DNA of 64,000 nt from a virus (IMGVR_UViG_3300021958_000028:61108-125107); one strand, 5' to 3'; shown: positions 1 through 8,651, numbered from the stretch's first letter. Notes: generated by a model from the sequence alone, not told the origin. Program-made: numbers and translations.

Positions 1-53
1 ATACTCCATTTGGTATGAGGTCTTGGGTCATTGGAGAAGTGGTGTCAGTATAA
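1..53 (+). CDS. purM: C-terminal end of a gene truncated by the window edge, probably PurM (AIR synthetase)
   Basis: Reads ...TPFGMRSWVIGEVVSV*; the WVIGEV ending is typical of PurM, which some cyanomyophages carry. Only 16 codons are visible. Confidence 0.45.
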   Translation, partial: TPFGMRSWVIGEVVSV

Positions 54-98
54 TGACTGTCACATGGTTTGACAAATACTACTAAAACCTGTTATAGT
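42..98 (+). promoter_or_regulatory. Sigma70-type promoter with upstream palindromic box
   Basis: GTGTCAGT-N6-ACTGTCAC (42-63), TTGACA (69-74), 18 nt spacer, TATAGT (93-98). Confidence 0.65.
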
Positions 99-126
99 TA
101 AGGGAGTTCAAAGCCTCCCTTTTTTT

Positions 127-468
127 ATGGAATACTCTGAGTATATTGAGATTAAAACCAAAGTGGATGATGCCAAACAAGCACGAGTCCGTATTGGAGT
201 CTCTTGGTTACTTCATATGTTCACTGTTCCACCTGTTGTTTCTGTTGTTTATTCGGTAAAAACAAACAACTGGATTCCTACTCTTGCAGCAACAGGTGTT
301 GCATTGCTTGCAGCACCAATCTCACTGGTTGACTTTGGTCTGACACTTGCAGTTGCACCTCCTGTAACATCTGCGGTTCTTGTTCATACCAAGGCACAAG
401 AAAAACGTCGTAAGTTGGGTATTTTTGGTCCTGAACAGGCAGACAAACTTGTATATGAGGCACTATGA
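127..468 (+). CDS. Hypothetical membrane protein
   Basis: 113 aa ORF with hydrophobic segments, downstream of a promoter. Confidence 0.7.
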   Translation: MEYSEYIEIKTKVDDAKQARVRIGVSWLLHMFTVPPVVSVVYSVKTNNWIPTLAATGVALLAAPISLVDFGLTLAVAPPVTSAVLVHTKAQEKRRKLGIFGPEQADKLVYEAL

Positions 469-779
469 TGATCGAAAACCTAGAACCTGAAGATCGAGTA
501 CTAGATACTCCATCTGTTTACGAACAAGTTGCTTCTCTTGTCCAAAAGTACGGATGGGAAGTAGGTGACAATATTGTAGTTGAAATGGCAGGGACTCAAG
601 TTTCTGGTATTGATGTGGGCGAAGTCTATAATAAGAAATGGCAATCACCTATTGGGACTCGTAAGTGTAATAAAGAAGCATTTATTGTTATTAAAAATCT
701 TTCACGAGACCCATGGACACCTTCTCAACCTATGGATAGAGAACACAAACCTCAACACCCCTATGAGAAAAAAGACTAA
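465..779 (+). CDS. Hypothetical cyanophage protein
   Basis: 104 aa ORF overlapping the previous stop (ATGA). Confidence 0.7.
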   Translation: MMIENLEPEDRVLDTPSVYEQVASLVQKYGWEVGDNIVVEMAGTQVSGIDVGEVYNKKWQSPIGTRKCNKEAFIVIKNLSRDPWTPSQPMDREHKPQHPYEKKD

Positions 780-969
780 GTTCCCATTCAATCATGTTGT
801 TCTGGAAGATAGGAAAGAAGTATGGATTAAGAGAGGTTATCCTAGTTCTATGGGTGTTCCTGCTGCCATGAAACAATTCTATCCCGGATACACATCTCAT
901 TTGGCTAGAAATGAATTTATTGAAGAACTCAAAGTAAATCCAGAGGCACGAAACAAACTAGACATTTGA
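763..969 (+). CDS. Hypothetical protein (start moved to ATG 763)
   Basis: MRKKTKFPFNHVVLEDRKEVWI...; the 580 extension overlaps the upstream gene. Confidence 0.6.
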   Translation: MRKKTKFPFNHVVLEDRKEVWIKRGYPSSMGVPAAMKQFYPGYTSHLARNEFIEELKVNPEARNKLDI

Positions 970-971
970 TT

Positions 972-1226
972 ATGACATACACAATTTATTCTAAGGATGG
1001 TTGTCCTTTCTGTACTAAAGTCCAACAGGTCCTACAACTTACAGAACAGAAACATGTAGTCCTTAAACTTGGTAGAGACTACACAAGAGAGGAGTTTTAT
1101 TCTAAGTTTGGTAAGGGTTCTACATTTCCTCAAGTTATATTGAATGTTGAGGGCCCTGATGACGGAACTCATCTTGGTGGATGTACAGAAACTGTTAAAT
1201 ACCTGAAGGAAAATAATATTGTTTGA
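972..1226 (+). CDS. Glutaredoxin (NrdC/NrdH-like)
   Basis: CPFC active site, TFPQV and GG motifs. Confidence 0.9.
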   Translation: MTYTIYSKDGCPFCTKVQQVLQLTEQKHVVLKLGRDYTREEFYSKFGKGSTFPQVILNVEGPDDGTHLGGCTETVKYLKENNIV

Positions 1227-1579
1227 TGGACAACCAAGATCTCTATGATATCATTGAGCACACAATCGATTATGCATTTAATGGAAAGTACATGCTCAAC
1301 ATGTATGACTACCTAGTACTTAGTAAGTCATCAAAAAAAGATGTTGAAGAGTTTCTTGAAAGTTCATCAAGAAAAGAGATTGATGAACTGATTAGTGACC
1401 TAGATAATTATCTTGAAGGTGGTTCTGATGAGAAACACAAACAATTGAGAGAGGGTTATGGTTATCTGGGTAAACCAGAAGCCAGAAAAATAAGAAACTA
1501 TTTGAATGGTATTGTTGAGGATGCTGTAAAATATGGAAGAGAAAAAAGACCAGGAAGAAAAAGAAAACCCTCTAAATAA
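1226..1579 (+). CDS. Conserved cyanophage hypothetical protein
   Basis: Coupled ORF with YLEGG...LREGYG...KPEARKIRNYL motif. Confidence 0.75.
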   Translation: MDNQDLYDIIEHTIDYAFNGKYMLNMYDYLVLSKSSKKDVEEFLESSSRKEIDELISDLDNYLEGGSDEKHKQLREGYGYLGKPEARKIRNYLNGIVEDAVKYGREKRPGRKRKPSK

Positions 1580-1772
1580 GAGAAATGATGATGAACCTCA
1601 AGAAATTAATAGAGGTTTAGAGTTGTTATTGAGAAAAAAACAAAGGAGAGAAAGACGACCAAAGACTTTTGAACTAAGGTTTGGAAAGTTGGTTTCTCTC
1701 TTCAATAGAGAAATTAACTTTTACTTTAATGTTCATCTAGACATAAAGAAAGTAAGTTCTCGGAGAGATTAA
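1533..1772 (+). CDS. Hypothetical protein
   Basis: 79 aa ORF (INRGLELLLR) in a tightly packed operon. Confidence 0.65.
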   Translation: MEEKKDQEEKENPLNKRNDDEPQEINRGLELLLRKKQRRERRPKTFELRFGKLVSLFNREINFYFNVHLDIKKVSSRRD

Positions 1773-1991
1773 ATGGAAACAGCAATCATTATATTGTCCG
1801 TTGCAGTCACAGCACTTTTTCTTTTAGTAGGAACTCTCCTAGGTTGGTTAGTAAAAGATTACCTAGACCAAACAAGAATGCCATTCATTCATCCAGAATT
1901 TTTTGATGAGAATGGTAACATCATACCAGACGAAATTTTATCAGTGAGATTTGAAAATGACTTCATCAGCGAAGACGAAGAAAACGACTAA
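1773..1991 (+). CDS. Small single-pass membrane protein
   Basis: GGAG RBS, N-terminal TM helix, HPEFFDENG motif. Confidence 0.75.
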   Translation: METAIIILSVAVTALFLLVGTLLGWLVKDYLDQTRMPFIHPEFFDENGNIIPDEILSVRFENDFISEDEEND

Positions 1992-2439
1992 CACAAAACT
2001 ACCACCAAATCCATTTATCTTTGAGATTTTGGACTTGGTAAGTGCGCAAAGATCAAAAGCAAAGAAGATTGCAATTCTTCAAGAGTATTCCACAGAGGCA
2101 CTCAAAGCAATTCTAATTTGGAACTTTGATGAAACTGTAATTTCTATGCTTCCAGAAGGAGAAGTTCCCTTTGAGAAGAATGATGTTCCTCTAGGGACTG
2201 ACCATACTTCTCTAAGGAAGGAATGGAAGAACCTTTATCACTTTGTAAAGGGTGGTAATGATTCACTCTCCAAGACCCGTAGAGAGACTATGTTCATTCA
2301 GATTCTTGAAGGTCTTCATCCTCAAGAGGCAAACATTCTTATTCTTACTAAAGATAAGGCTCTAGAATCCCAGTATAAGATTAATAAAGGTGTTGTTGAA
2401 GTGGCATTCCCTGACATTCAGTGGGGAGGTAGGTCTTAA
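1957..2439 (+). CDS. Conserved T4-like phage hypothetical protein
   Basis: LPEGEVP...RETMFIQILEGLHPQEA motif. Confidence 0.8.
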   Translation: MTSSAKTKKTTNTKLPPNPFIFEILDLVSAQRSKAKKIAILQEYSTEALKAILIWNFDETVISMLPEGEVPFEKNDVPLGTDHTSLRKEWKNLYHFVKGGNDSLSKTRRETMFIQILEGLHPQEANILILTKDKALESQYKINKGVVEVAFPDIQWGGRS

Positions 2440-2687
2440 TGGGAAAAGGCGTTAGAGAAATTCAAAAGGATTGTGACCCTACATTAGCACAAGATAAAAC
2501 TCTTCCAACCAGTGCGTTCCTGGTTGAGTATCTTCAAGATGGTATGACCAAATTTGATATTGTCATCGCACAAAAAGTATCAGAAATATTTGATCAATAT
2601 TGGGACAACTATCGTAGTGACCTGATGAATATTACTCAAGCAGATGGGAGAGCAAACCCTAAACTTTGGAATCCTTCTAAAAAATGA
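2439..2687 (+). CDS. Hypothetical protein
   Basis: 82 aa, TAATG coupling. Confidence 0.7.
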   Translation: MGKGVREIQKDCDPTLAQDKTLPTSAFLVEYLQDGMTKFDIVIAQKVSEIFDQYWDNYRSDLMNITQADGRANPKLWNPSKK

Positions 2688-2959
2688 AAGACGAAGAACT
2701 GAGAGAACAAATTAACTCACTTATCCGAGGTGAGATTCAAGAAGTCATCAATGATTATATTGATGACAAAGAGTCTCAAGTCTTCAGTATGGAACAATCT
2801 GGATTAGGATTTGTTGAGAAAGAAGATGAGAATGAACTTACAGTCAATGTTTCTAATCAAGAAGTTGAAAGACTCATCAAAGAATATAAAAAGATTAAGA
2901 AAGGTCAGAAGTCTAACCTTGGTCAGATAATGAAAATGGATAAAAAAAGTTCTTCTTGA
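2684..2959 (+). CDS. Hypothetical protein
   Basis: 91 aa, ATGA coupling. Confidence 0.7.
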   Translation: MKDEELREQINSLIRGEIQEVINDYIDDKESQVFSMEQSGLGFVEKEDENELTVNVSNQEVERLIKEYKKIKKGQKSNLGQIMKMDKKSSS

Positions 2960-2984
2960 CTAAATAGATACAATGGTCTATAAT
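2956..2984 (+). promoter_or_regulatory. Sigma70-type promoter
   Basis: TTGACT-17-TATAAT; the -10 lies inside the inverted repeat GGTCTA-TAA-TAGACC. Confidence 0.75.
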
Positions 2985-2990
2985 AGACCT

Positions 2991-3221
2991 ATCGTTCATC
3001 CAGGAAACTGGACGCAAGTAAGTCGCGGAACGGAGCGTTCATCCCATGCTAGAACTACTATTCTATTCAACACTCACTTGTTCTGAAGCTGACGCAATCA
3101 TGCTGAGGATGCAAGCCAATGAAAATCTTAGTAGTCAAATTAAGATTGAGTTAGTAGAGACCGTAAAGGAATCTGTACCACAGTGTGATTGGTATTGGGA
3201 CGCAAACGACTAAAGGAACGG
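2991..3221 (+). ncRNA. Tandem glutamine-riboswitch-like element (glnA / Downstream-peptide class)
   Basis: Two units CGTTCATC...GACGCAA...GGAACGG (2993-3033 and 3036-3221) with CGTTC/GAACG P1 and a P2 stem, upstream of a DUF4278-like gene. Confidence 0.6.
3046..3213 (+). CDS. 55 aa ORF nested within the second aptamer
   Basis: MLELLFYSTLTCSEADAIMLRMQ...WYWDAND*; GGAG 10 nt upstream; below the ORF-track cutoff. Confidence 0.6.
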   Translation: MLELLFYSTLTCSEADAIMLRMQANENLSSQIKIELVETVKESVPQCDWYWDAND

Positions 3222-3253
3222 ATCTAAACATCCAACTACTTTAGGAGTCAATC

Positions 3254-3421
3254 ATGAATACACTACTCATGATCAAAAAGCAGATCAACAAGGCATCTGC
3301 ACTTCATGACGCACAAATCTCTCACGCCTCATATCGTGGTGTTGAGTATGATACACGTTGTGTCAAATCCAAAGAGACCCACGGAACATTCTGTTACAGG
3401 GGTCGTACTTACACCAAGTGA
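3254..3421 (+). CDS. DUF4278-like small protein
   Basis: TAGGAG RBS; two YRG motifs (YRGVEY, YRGRTY); follows the riboswitch-like RNA. Confidence 0.7.
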   Translation: MNTLLMIKKQINKASALHDAQISHASYRGVEYDTRCVKSKETHGTFCYRGRTYTK

Positions 3422-3437
3422 ATTAAACTTACTACAC

Positions 3438-3466
3438 AGAGAGAGTTAAGAACTCTCTCTTTTTTT
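3438..3466 (+). terminator. Rho-independent terminator
   Basis: AGAGAGAGTT-aag-AACTCTCTCT followed by a T run. Confidence 0.85.
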
Positions 3467-3563
3467 GTATTTAAATAACAATTTAGTAAAAGTTAGGATT
3501 TCCTAACTAAATAATGATAGAATTAAGAGGTATGGATGTCCAACCATATTATGATGTAAACTA

Positions 3564-3758
3564 ATGGAGAAAATCATGCATAACATTATCTCGTATAATC
3601 AACTTGCAGGATGGAAACAAAATGTTGACGGTCTTATAGGTAGTCTAGAAAAAACATCTGAGGAGTCTGATATTCTTAATGACTACTATGACTGTCTAAT
3701 TGAATGTGATGATTCACAACAAGTATGTAAACGAATCTGTAGGAGGATTCTAGCTTAA
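3564..3758 (+). CDS. Small cyanobacterial-type hypothetical protein
   Basis: YYDCLIEC...CKRICRRIL Cys-rich C-terminus. Confidence 0.7.
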   Translation: MEKIMHNIISYNQLAGWKQNVDGLIGSLEKTSEESDILNDYYDCLIECDDSQQVCKRICRRILA

Positions 3759-3762
3759 CTTC

Positions 3763-3801
3763 AAGGACGGGATTGACTCCCGTCCTTTTTTTGTGTATAA
3801 T
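3763..3801 (+). promoter_or_regulatory. Terminator hairpin overlapping a sigma70 promoter
   Basis: AAGGACGGGA/TCCCGTCCTT stem plus T run; TTGACT(3773)-17-TATAAT(3796). Confidence 0.75.
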
Positions 3802-3824
3802 TATAATGTATACTCTAGATTCAT

Positions 3825-4049
3825 ATGACTACTGTTACTGATTGGCGATACAGTGATGACCGACTAGAGACCAGACAGAAAGTATATACATTCTTACTGA
3901 ATAGGTTTGGTTCTCAGATAGATGAGAATGGTGAACCAGTGTACAGTATGAAAAGTATTACTGAATGCTCTCATGACTGGGTTTCTCAAGGTAATGTTGG
4001 TACATCTGGAATTATAAAATACTTTGAGGCCTACTATACGAATGGATAA
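3825..4049 (+). CDS. Hypothetical protein
   Basis: 74 aa ORF after a promoter. Confidence 0.7.
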   Translation: MTTVTDWRYSDDRLETRQKVYTFLLNRFGSQIDENGEPVYSMKSITECSHDWVSQGNVGTSGIIKYFEAYYTNG

Positions 4050-4209
4050 GGAAAGACTGAGGGCAACAATTTGTAAAATGGAATTTCTTTTAGGAACACT
4101 AAGGGAAGAATTGTTTTCTGATGAATTGGAAAGTGTCGTCACAGAAGAACCTACATATACAAATGTTCCTGTTGATGATTATGATGAAGTGTTCTATGAT
4201 GTTGACTAA
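4042..4209 (+). CDS. Small acidic hypothetical protein
   Basis: MDKERLRA... ending DYDEVFYDVD; GAGG RBS. Confidence 0.65.
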   Translation: MDKERLRATICKMEFLLGTLREELFSDELESVVTEEPTYTNVPVDDYDEVFYDVD

Positions 4210-4406
4210 TGGTTTACTCTAGTCTATCAGAGTTTGAAAGAGCTCTTGCAAGATTTGGTGATAAAGTTTCTATGGTAGTAGGACTTGAAATTAGTGGTAA
4301 GATGTCACCTGAGGCAACATACCAAGAAATCAAAAGTATGATGAAAGAGTTAAAAAAACTCAGAAAAATTGAAAAAGATGAATGGGATGAGGAAGAACTA
4401 ATATGA
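4209..4406 (+). CDS. Hypothetical protein (cyanobacterial-type)
   Basis: LE..GK.SPE..YQEIK motif, coupled ORF. Confidence 0.7.
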   Translation: MVYSSLSEFERALARFGDKVSMVVGLEISGKMSPEATYQEIKSMMKELKKLRKIEKDEWDEEELI

Positions 4407-5035
4407 GTGTAAAAGTAATTAGTGTAACACCTGATGCTGAAAAGCATATGGCATACTGTGCCAGGGTAAGTAATCCAAACAACCAGGAGAATGAAAAAAT
4501 TTCTGGTCTACTTGGGTATTGTATTAAACATCAACACTGGAGTATTTTTGAACAAGCATACTTGACTCTAGAGATTGAAACTAATCGTGGTATTGCAGCC
4601 CAGATTCTAAGACATCGTTCTTTCACCTTCCAGGAGTTTTCACAGAGATATGCTGACAGTTCTATGTTAGCAGACGTAATCCCTCTTCCTGACCTTCGTA
4701 GGCAGGACACAAAGAACCGTCAGAACTCTATTGATGATATCGATCCTCATATTCGTCAAGAATATGAAATGAAAATTCAGAAACATTTTGAAGAGGGTAT
4801 GGAACTCTACAAAAGTATGTTAGAATATGGTATCGCAAAAGAGTGTGCTCGCTTTGTATTACCTCTTGCAACTCCTACCAGAATTTATATGACAGGATCA
4901 GTGCGGTCGTGGGTGCATTATATCGATCTTCGTTCTGCTAATGGAACACAGAAAGAACATATGGACATTGCAGTTGCATGTAAGGAGGTATTTAAAGAAC
5001 AGTTCCCTACCATTTCAGAAGCTCTGAATTGGTAA
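4403..5035 (+). CDS. thyX: Flavin-dependent thymidylate synthase
   Basis: HWSIFE and RHRSFTFQEFSQRY ThyX signature, ARFVLP. Confidence 0.95.
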   Translation: MSVKVISVTPDAEKHMAYCARVSNPNNQENEKISGLLGYCIKHQHWSIFEQAYLTLEIETNRGIAAQILRHRSFTFQEFSQRYADSSMLADVIPLPDLRRQDTKNRQNSIDDIDPHIRQEYEMKIQKHFEEGMELYKSMLEYGIAKECARFVLPLATPTRIYMTGSVRSWVHYIDLRSANGTQKEHMDIAVACKEVFKEQFPTISEALNW

Positions 5036-5069
5036 TAAATATTTACTTATTGTTATTGAGGAGAATAAA

Positions 5070-5321
5070 TTGGCCACATATCCGGTAAAACATAATGAGA
5101 CTGGTGAAACCAAAGACGTGAAGATGAGTGTTCATGATTGGGATCAGTGGAAGATTGACAATCCTGATTGGGAGAGATATTACACTCCAGACAATGCACC
5201 CAAACTTGGAGTAGAAATGGGTGACCCACTCAGTAAACTTTATACTAAACATCCAGGATGGAAGGATGTTATCTCCAAAGCGAAGCAACAACCAGGATCA
5301 ACCCTAAAACATTACGACTAA
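5070..5321 (+). CDS. Conserved small cyanophage protein upstream of phoH
   Basis: TTG start with GAGGAG RBS, AATAAATA late-promoter motif at 5034. Confidence 0.7.
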   Translation: MATYPVKHNETGETKDVKMSVHDWDQWKIDNPDWERYYTPDNAPKLGVEMGDPLSKLYTKHPGWKDVISKAKQQPGSTLKHYD

Positions 5322-5327
5322 TTAAGT

Positions 5328-6092
5328 ATGCCTAGAAAGAGTAAGTCTGGTATTGGAAGTACTAACCCAGTTCCATTTGGTATGAGTAACAAACAAATGA
5401 AAAGAAAGAAACCAATTAATCTTGATTACATCAAGAAGATTGAACCTCTTACAGATAATCAGGAAATATTTTTTGATCTGTATAAGAAAAATCAAAACTT
5501 GGTTGCATATGGTTGTGCTGGCACTGGTAAGACCTTTATCACCCTCTACAATGCTCTTCTAGATGTTTTAGATCCAAGGACTCCCTATGAGAAAATCTAC
5601 ATCGTCAGGTCTCTTGTAGCCACTAGAGAGATTGGTTTCCTTCCTGGTGACCATGAGGATAAGTCTTCCTTGTATCAGATACCATATAAGAACATGGTGA
5701 AATACATGTTTGAGATGCCTGATGATAATGCATTTGATATGTTGTATACCAACCTCAAATCACAGGGAACTATTTCATTCTGGTCTACTAGTTTCATTCG
5801 TGGAACAACATTGGACAATGCAATCATTATAGTGGATGAGTTTCAGAACCTGAACTTCCATGAATTAGACTCTATGATCACCCGTGTTGGTGAAGATTCT
5901 AAGTTGATGTTCTGTGGAGATGCAACTCAGACTGACTTAGTGAAGACTGCTGAGAAGAATGGTATCATTGACTTCATGAGAATCTTGAATAATATGCCAT
6001 CCTTCGATACAATTGAATTCCAAGCAGAGGACATTTGTAGAAGTGGTCTTGTCAAGGAATACATTGTTGCAAAACTTGAACTGGGTATGTAA
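5328..6092 (+). CDS. phoH: PhoH family ATPase
   Basis: GCAGTGKT Walker A, IGFLPG, RGTTL, DEFQN, GDATQTD. Confidence 0.95.
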   Translation: MPRKSKSGIGSTNPVPFGMSNKQMKRKKPINLDYIKKIEPLTDNQEIFFDLYKKNQNLVAYGCAGTGKTFITLYNALLDVLDPRTPYEKIYIVRSLVATREIGFLPGDHEDKSSLYQIPYKNMVKYMFEMPDDNAFDMLYTNLKSQGTISFWSTSFIRGTTLDNAIIIVDEFQNLNFHELDSMITRVGEDSKLMFCGDATQTDLVKTAEKNGIIDFMRILNNMPSFDTIEFQAEDICRSGLVKEYIVAKLELGM

Positions 6093-6760
6093 TGTTTAAT
6101 CATGTTGAAATAGAAGTCCCACAGTTGTCACGAAAGACAATCGATGGGGTTAGGTATTATGATACACCCTCTGGTAAGAAGTTAGTTTCTATCACATCGG
6201 TCATCAGTCACTATAACCGTGAGATATTTGTTAATTGGAGGAAGAGAGTTGGTAATGAAGAAGCAAATAAAGTAACTAAACAATCCACCAGTCGTGGAAC
6301 TGATACTCATACTTTGATCGAACATTACTTAAAGAATGAGGATCTTCCCACAGTTCAACCTCTTTCTGATATGTTATTCAAGATTGCCAAGGGCGATCTA
6401 AAGAACATAGATAACATACATGGACTAGAAACTCCTCTATACAGTGAGTATCTGGGTATTGCAGGAACCGTAGATTGTATAGCCGAGTATAATAAAGAAT
6501 TGGCTATCATCGACTTCAAGACATCCAAGAAACCAAAGAAAAGAGAATGGATTGAAGGATATTTTGTACAGTGTGCAGCCTATGCTTGTATGTTGTATGA
6601 ACTGACTGGTTTGACAGTCAAAAAATTCGTTATTATTATGACCTGTGAAAATGGAGAGTGTGAAGTCTATGAAGAGTATGATAAAGCCAAGTATATCAAA
6701 CTACTCACAAAGTATATTAGAGAGTTTGTTGAATTTCAATTGCATGACACTAATGCCTGA
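6092..6760 (+). CDS. PD-(D/E)XK exonuclease
   Basis: SITSV, RGT..H, AGTVDC, IIDFKTS, Q..AYA motifs. Confidence 0.85.
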   Translation: MFNHVEIEVPQLSRKTIDGVRYYDTPSGKKLVSITSVISHYNREIFVNWRKRVGNEEANKVTKQSTSRGTDTHTLIEHYLKNEDLPTVQPLSDMLFKIAKGDLKNIDNIHGLETPLYSEYLGIAGTVDCIAEYNKELAIIDFKTSKKPKKREWIEGYFVQCAAYACMLYELTGLTVKKFVIIMTCENGECEVYEEYDKAKYIKLLTKYIREFVEFQLHDTNA

Positions 6761-7016
6761 AGAAAATGACATCAATAAACTTCTGGAGAGTAAGTTCTAC
6801 TGTCCTAGAAAGTTTACAGAAGAGATTGAAAAAATTCATTCTGACAATGCCGGTATGACATACATTGATTCTATTGTTTTCTTCTGTGAGAAGAATAGTA
6901 TTGATGTTGAGTCTGTTCCCAAACTTATCTCAAAACCTCTGAAGGAAAAGATTAAATGTGAGGCTATTGAACTGAACTTTTTGAAGAGAACATCTCATGC
7001 AAAACTTCCTATATGA
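6753..7016 (+). CDS. gp33: Late promoter transcription accessory protein gp33
   Basis: YIDSIVFFCE...KLISKPLKEKIK.EA.ELNFL; conserved position before gp59. Confidence 0.85.
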   Translation: MPEENDINKLLESKFYCPRKFTEEIEKIHSDNAGMTYIDSIVFFCEKNSIDVESVPKLISKPLKEKIKCEAIELNFLKRTSHAKLPI

Positions 7017-7618
7017 TTCCAAAATTGAAAGCATTTGACGTTTATAAGTCCTATCTGGGATTAAAAAATCATTTTACTAAAAAGACTTATGATTATCACA
7101 AATATTGTGGTAAGTCAAGAGCATCTTTACAATCCTTTTACAAACGTCGTGACAGATTTTTCTTTGAGAAATTGTCTAGACAGAAGGATGATAGTGAGGT
7201 TGTAGAATACTTCGTTGCAAACTTTGTCTCCTGTGATGACCCTCAGGCTCTCTGGATTGGTCAGATTATGAAGGAAGGAGAAGAGAATTACTCTGACTGG
7301 AAGAGAAAGAATCAATCAATGTCTTATGTCTTCAAGAATGAAGTCAGTGATTTATTTGATATGAAAAAGTTTGATGATGTGTTCTTCATTGATGGAACTA
7401 GACATCCTCTTATTGTAAAGGAACACCTCGCAAATAAAGTTTCACTAGAGACACTGATCATTCTGGATAGGATTCTAGGATTCAAAAAGAACTTTGATAA
7501 GAAACTGAAAGATCCTGTTTGGGAATTTCTGTCAATGAGGATTGACAAATATAGTCCCTTCATACATACTGATATATTCTCATACAAACGTATTTTAAAA
7601 CAGGTAATAGGAGTCTAA
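7013..7618 (+). CDS. gp59: Helicase loader gp59
   Basis: Y..YL.LKNHF...YDY.KY.GK, F.KRRDRFFFEKL. Confidence 0.88.
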   Translation: MIPKLKAFDVYKSYLGLKNHFTKKTYDYHKYCGKSRASLQSFYKRRDRFFFEKLSRQKDDSEVVEYFVANFVSCDDPQALWIGQIMKEGEENYSDWKRKNQSMSYVFKNEVSDLFDMKKFDDVFFIDGTRHPLIVKEHLANKVSLETLIILDRILGFKKNFDKKLKDPVWEFLSMRIDKYSPFIHTDIFSYKRILKQVIGV

Positions 7619-7956
7619 TGAGTAGTTTCTTTGATTCAGAATTAGTTCAAAAGGAGATGGGGAATATTACTAAACTTCAAGAAGAAGTTTATAAAAAGGT
7701 CTTTGAATTTCCTACAATGACCAAGCAAGATAAACTTGATCATGTTGAAAAACTAAGTAATCTTTTAGAGAAACAACAGATTCTTTACACACGTTTGAAA
7801 TTATCTGATGATCCAGAGGCAAAGAAAATGAGAGAAGAGATTATCAATAATGCTAAGGAGTTAGGTTTCTCACAGGATGTGGATATTAGTTACGTCTTCT
7901 CAAACATAACCAAGGTTCTTGGTCAAATGAAAACTGCCATCCTTGACAACCCCTGA
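7618..7956 (+). CDS. DUF1825-like cyanobacterial/cyanophage protein
   Basis: FFDSELVQ.E...RLKLSDDPEA. Confidence 0.75.
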   Translation: MSSFFDSELVQKEMGNITKLQEEVYKKVFEFPTMTKQDKLDHVEKLSNLLEKQQILYTRLKLSDDPEAKKMREEIINNAKELGFSQDVDISYVFSNITKVLGQMKTAILDNP

Positions 7957-7957
7957 C

Positions 7958-8089
7958 CAAAGGGTTATGACCTGGAATGTCATTAAACTTATCCAGGGGT
8001 ACGAGAGACGGTAAGAGACATAGTAGGTAAGTCTGGGGAGACATAACTCTATAAGTCTTACCTTCTCTCTTAACCTTTTGACTTTTTTT
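7958..8089 (+). ncRNA. Candidate structured RNA upstream of the HNH gene
   Basis: Closing stem 7958-7967/8071-8080, hairpin 7971-7976/7992-7997, stem 8003-8016/8056-8069, T run after; the loop is complementary to the HNH leader. Confidence 0.45.
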
Positions 8090-8111
8090 GAAAAATAATC
8101 TATAATAAATA
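8078..8111 (+). promoter_or_regulatory. Overlapping sigma70 and late promoters for the HNH gene
   Basis: TTGACT(8078)-17-TATAAT(8101) and AATAAATA (8104-8111). Confidence 0.7.
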
Positions 8112-8154
8112 GTGTGAGTCTCCCCGACTTTGCAACCTATTATAGAGTTATCTT

Positions 8155-8643
8155 ATGAATTATCAGAAAATTTATGCTGTCCACCCTGACGGAAAAGTAA
8201 TCAGGGAGGATGGAAAAGAGATGAGACAATATGAAAGAGATGGATACAAGTCCGTCTGTCTGAAGTGTACCGATCAAAAGTTTCGTTTCTTCTATATTCA
8301 CAGATTGGTATGTCATGAATGGGTCTCCAACCCTTCTAACTTACCTATTGTACTTCACTTAGACGACGACCCTTCCAACAACCACTGGACCAACCTCCAA
8401 TGGGGAACACAGAAGGATAATATTCGAGACATGATGAATAAGGGTCGAAGAGGAAACCCCCGAAGGATTAAACATTATAAACTCGTATCACCCGAAGGAG
8501 TGCTGTACGAAATAACCAACATGAGAGAGTTTTGTAAGGACAAAGACCTTGATCCTGGGGCAATGACAAAAATGCATGCTGGAATAAAAGGAAGAGCAAC
8601 ACATAAAGGTTGGACTAAATACCAGGGACAGTTGGGAAACTGA
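8155..8643 (+). CDS. Free-standing HNH homing endonuclease
   Basis: IHRLV...VLHLDDDPSNNHWTNLQWGTQKDN HNH motif plus a C-terminal NUMOD-like DNA-binding domain; inserted before gp32. Confidence 0.88.
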   Translation: MNYQKIYAVHPDGKVIREDGKEMRQYERDGYKSVCLKCTDQKFRFFYIHRLVCHEWVSNPSNLPIVLHLDDDPSNNHWTNLQWGTQKDNIRDMMNKGRRGNPRRIKHYKLVSPEGVLYEITNMREFCKDKDLDPGAMTKMHAGIKGRATHKGWTKYQGQLGN

Positions 8644-8651
8644 CCGTCACA

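Noticed and set aside
100-126. Terminator-like hairpin AGGGAG/CTCCCT plus T run between the promoter and ATG 127, as an attenuator
   Set aside because: Begins at or before the expected transcription start, so it more plausibly terminates the upstream transcript; not enough evidence for attenuation
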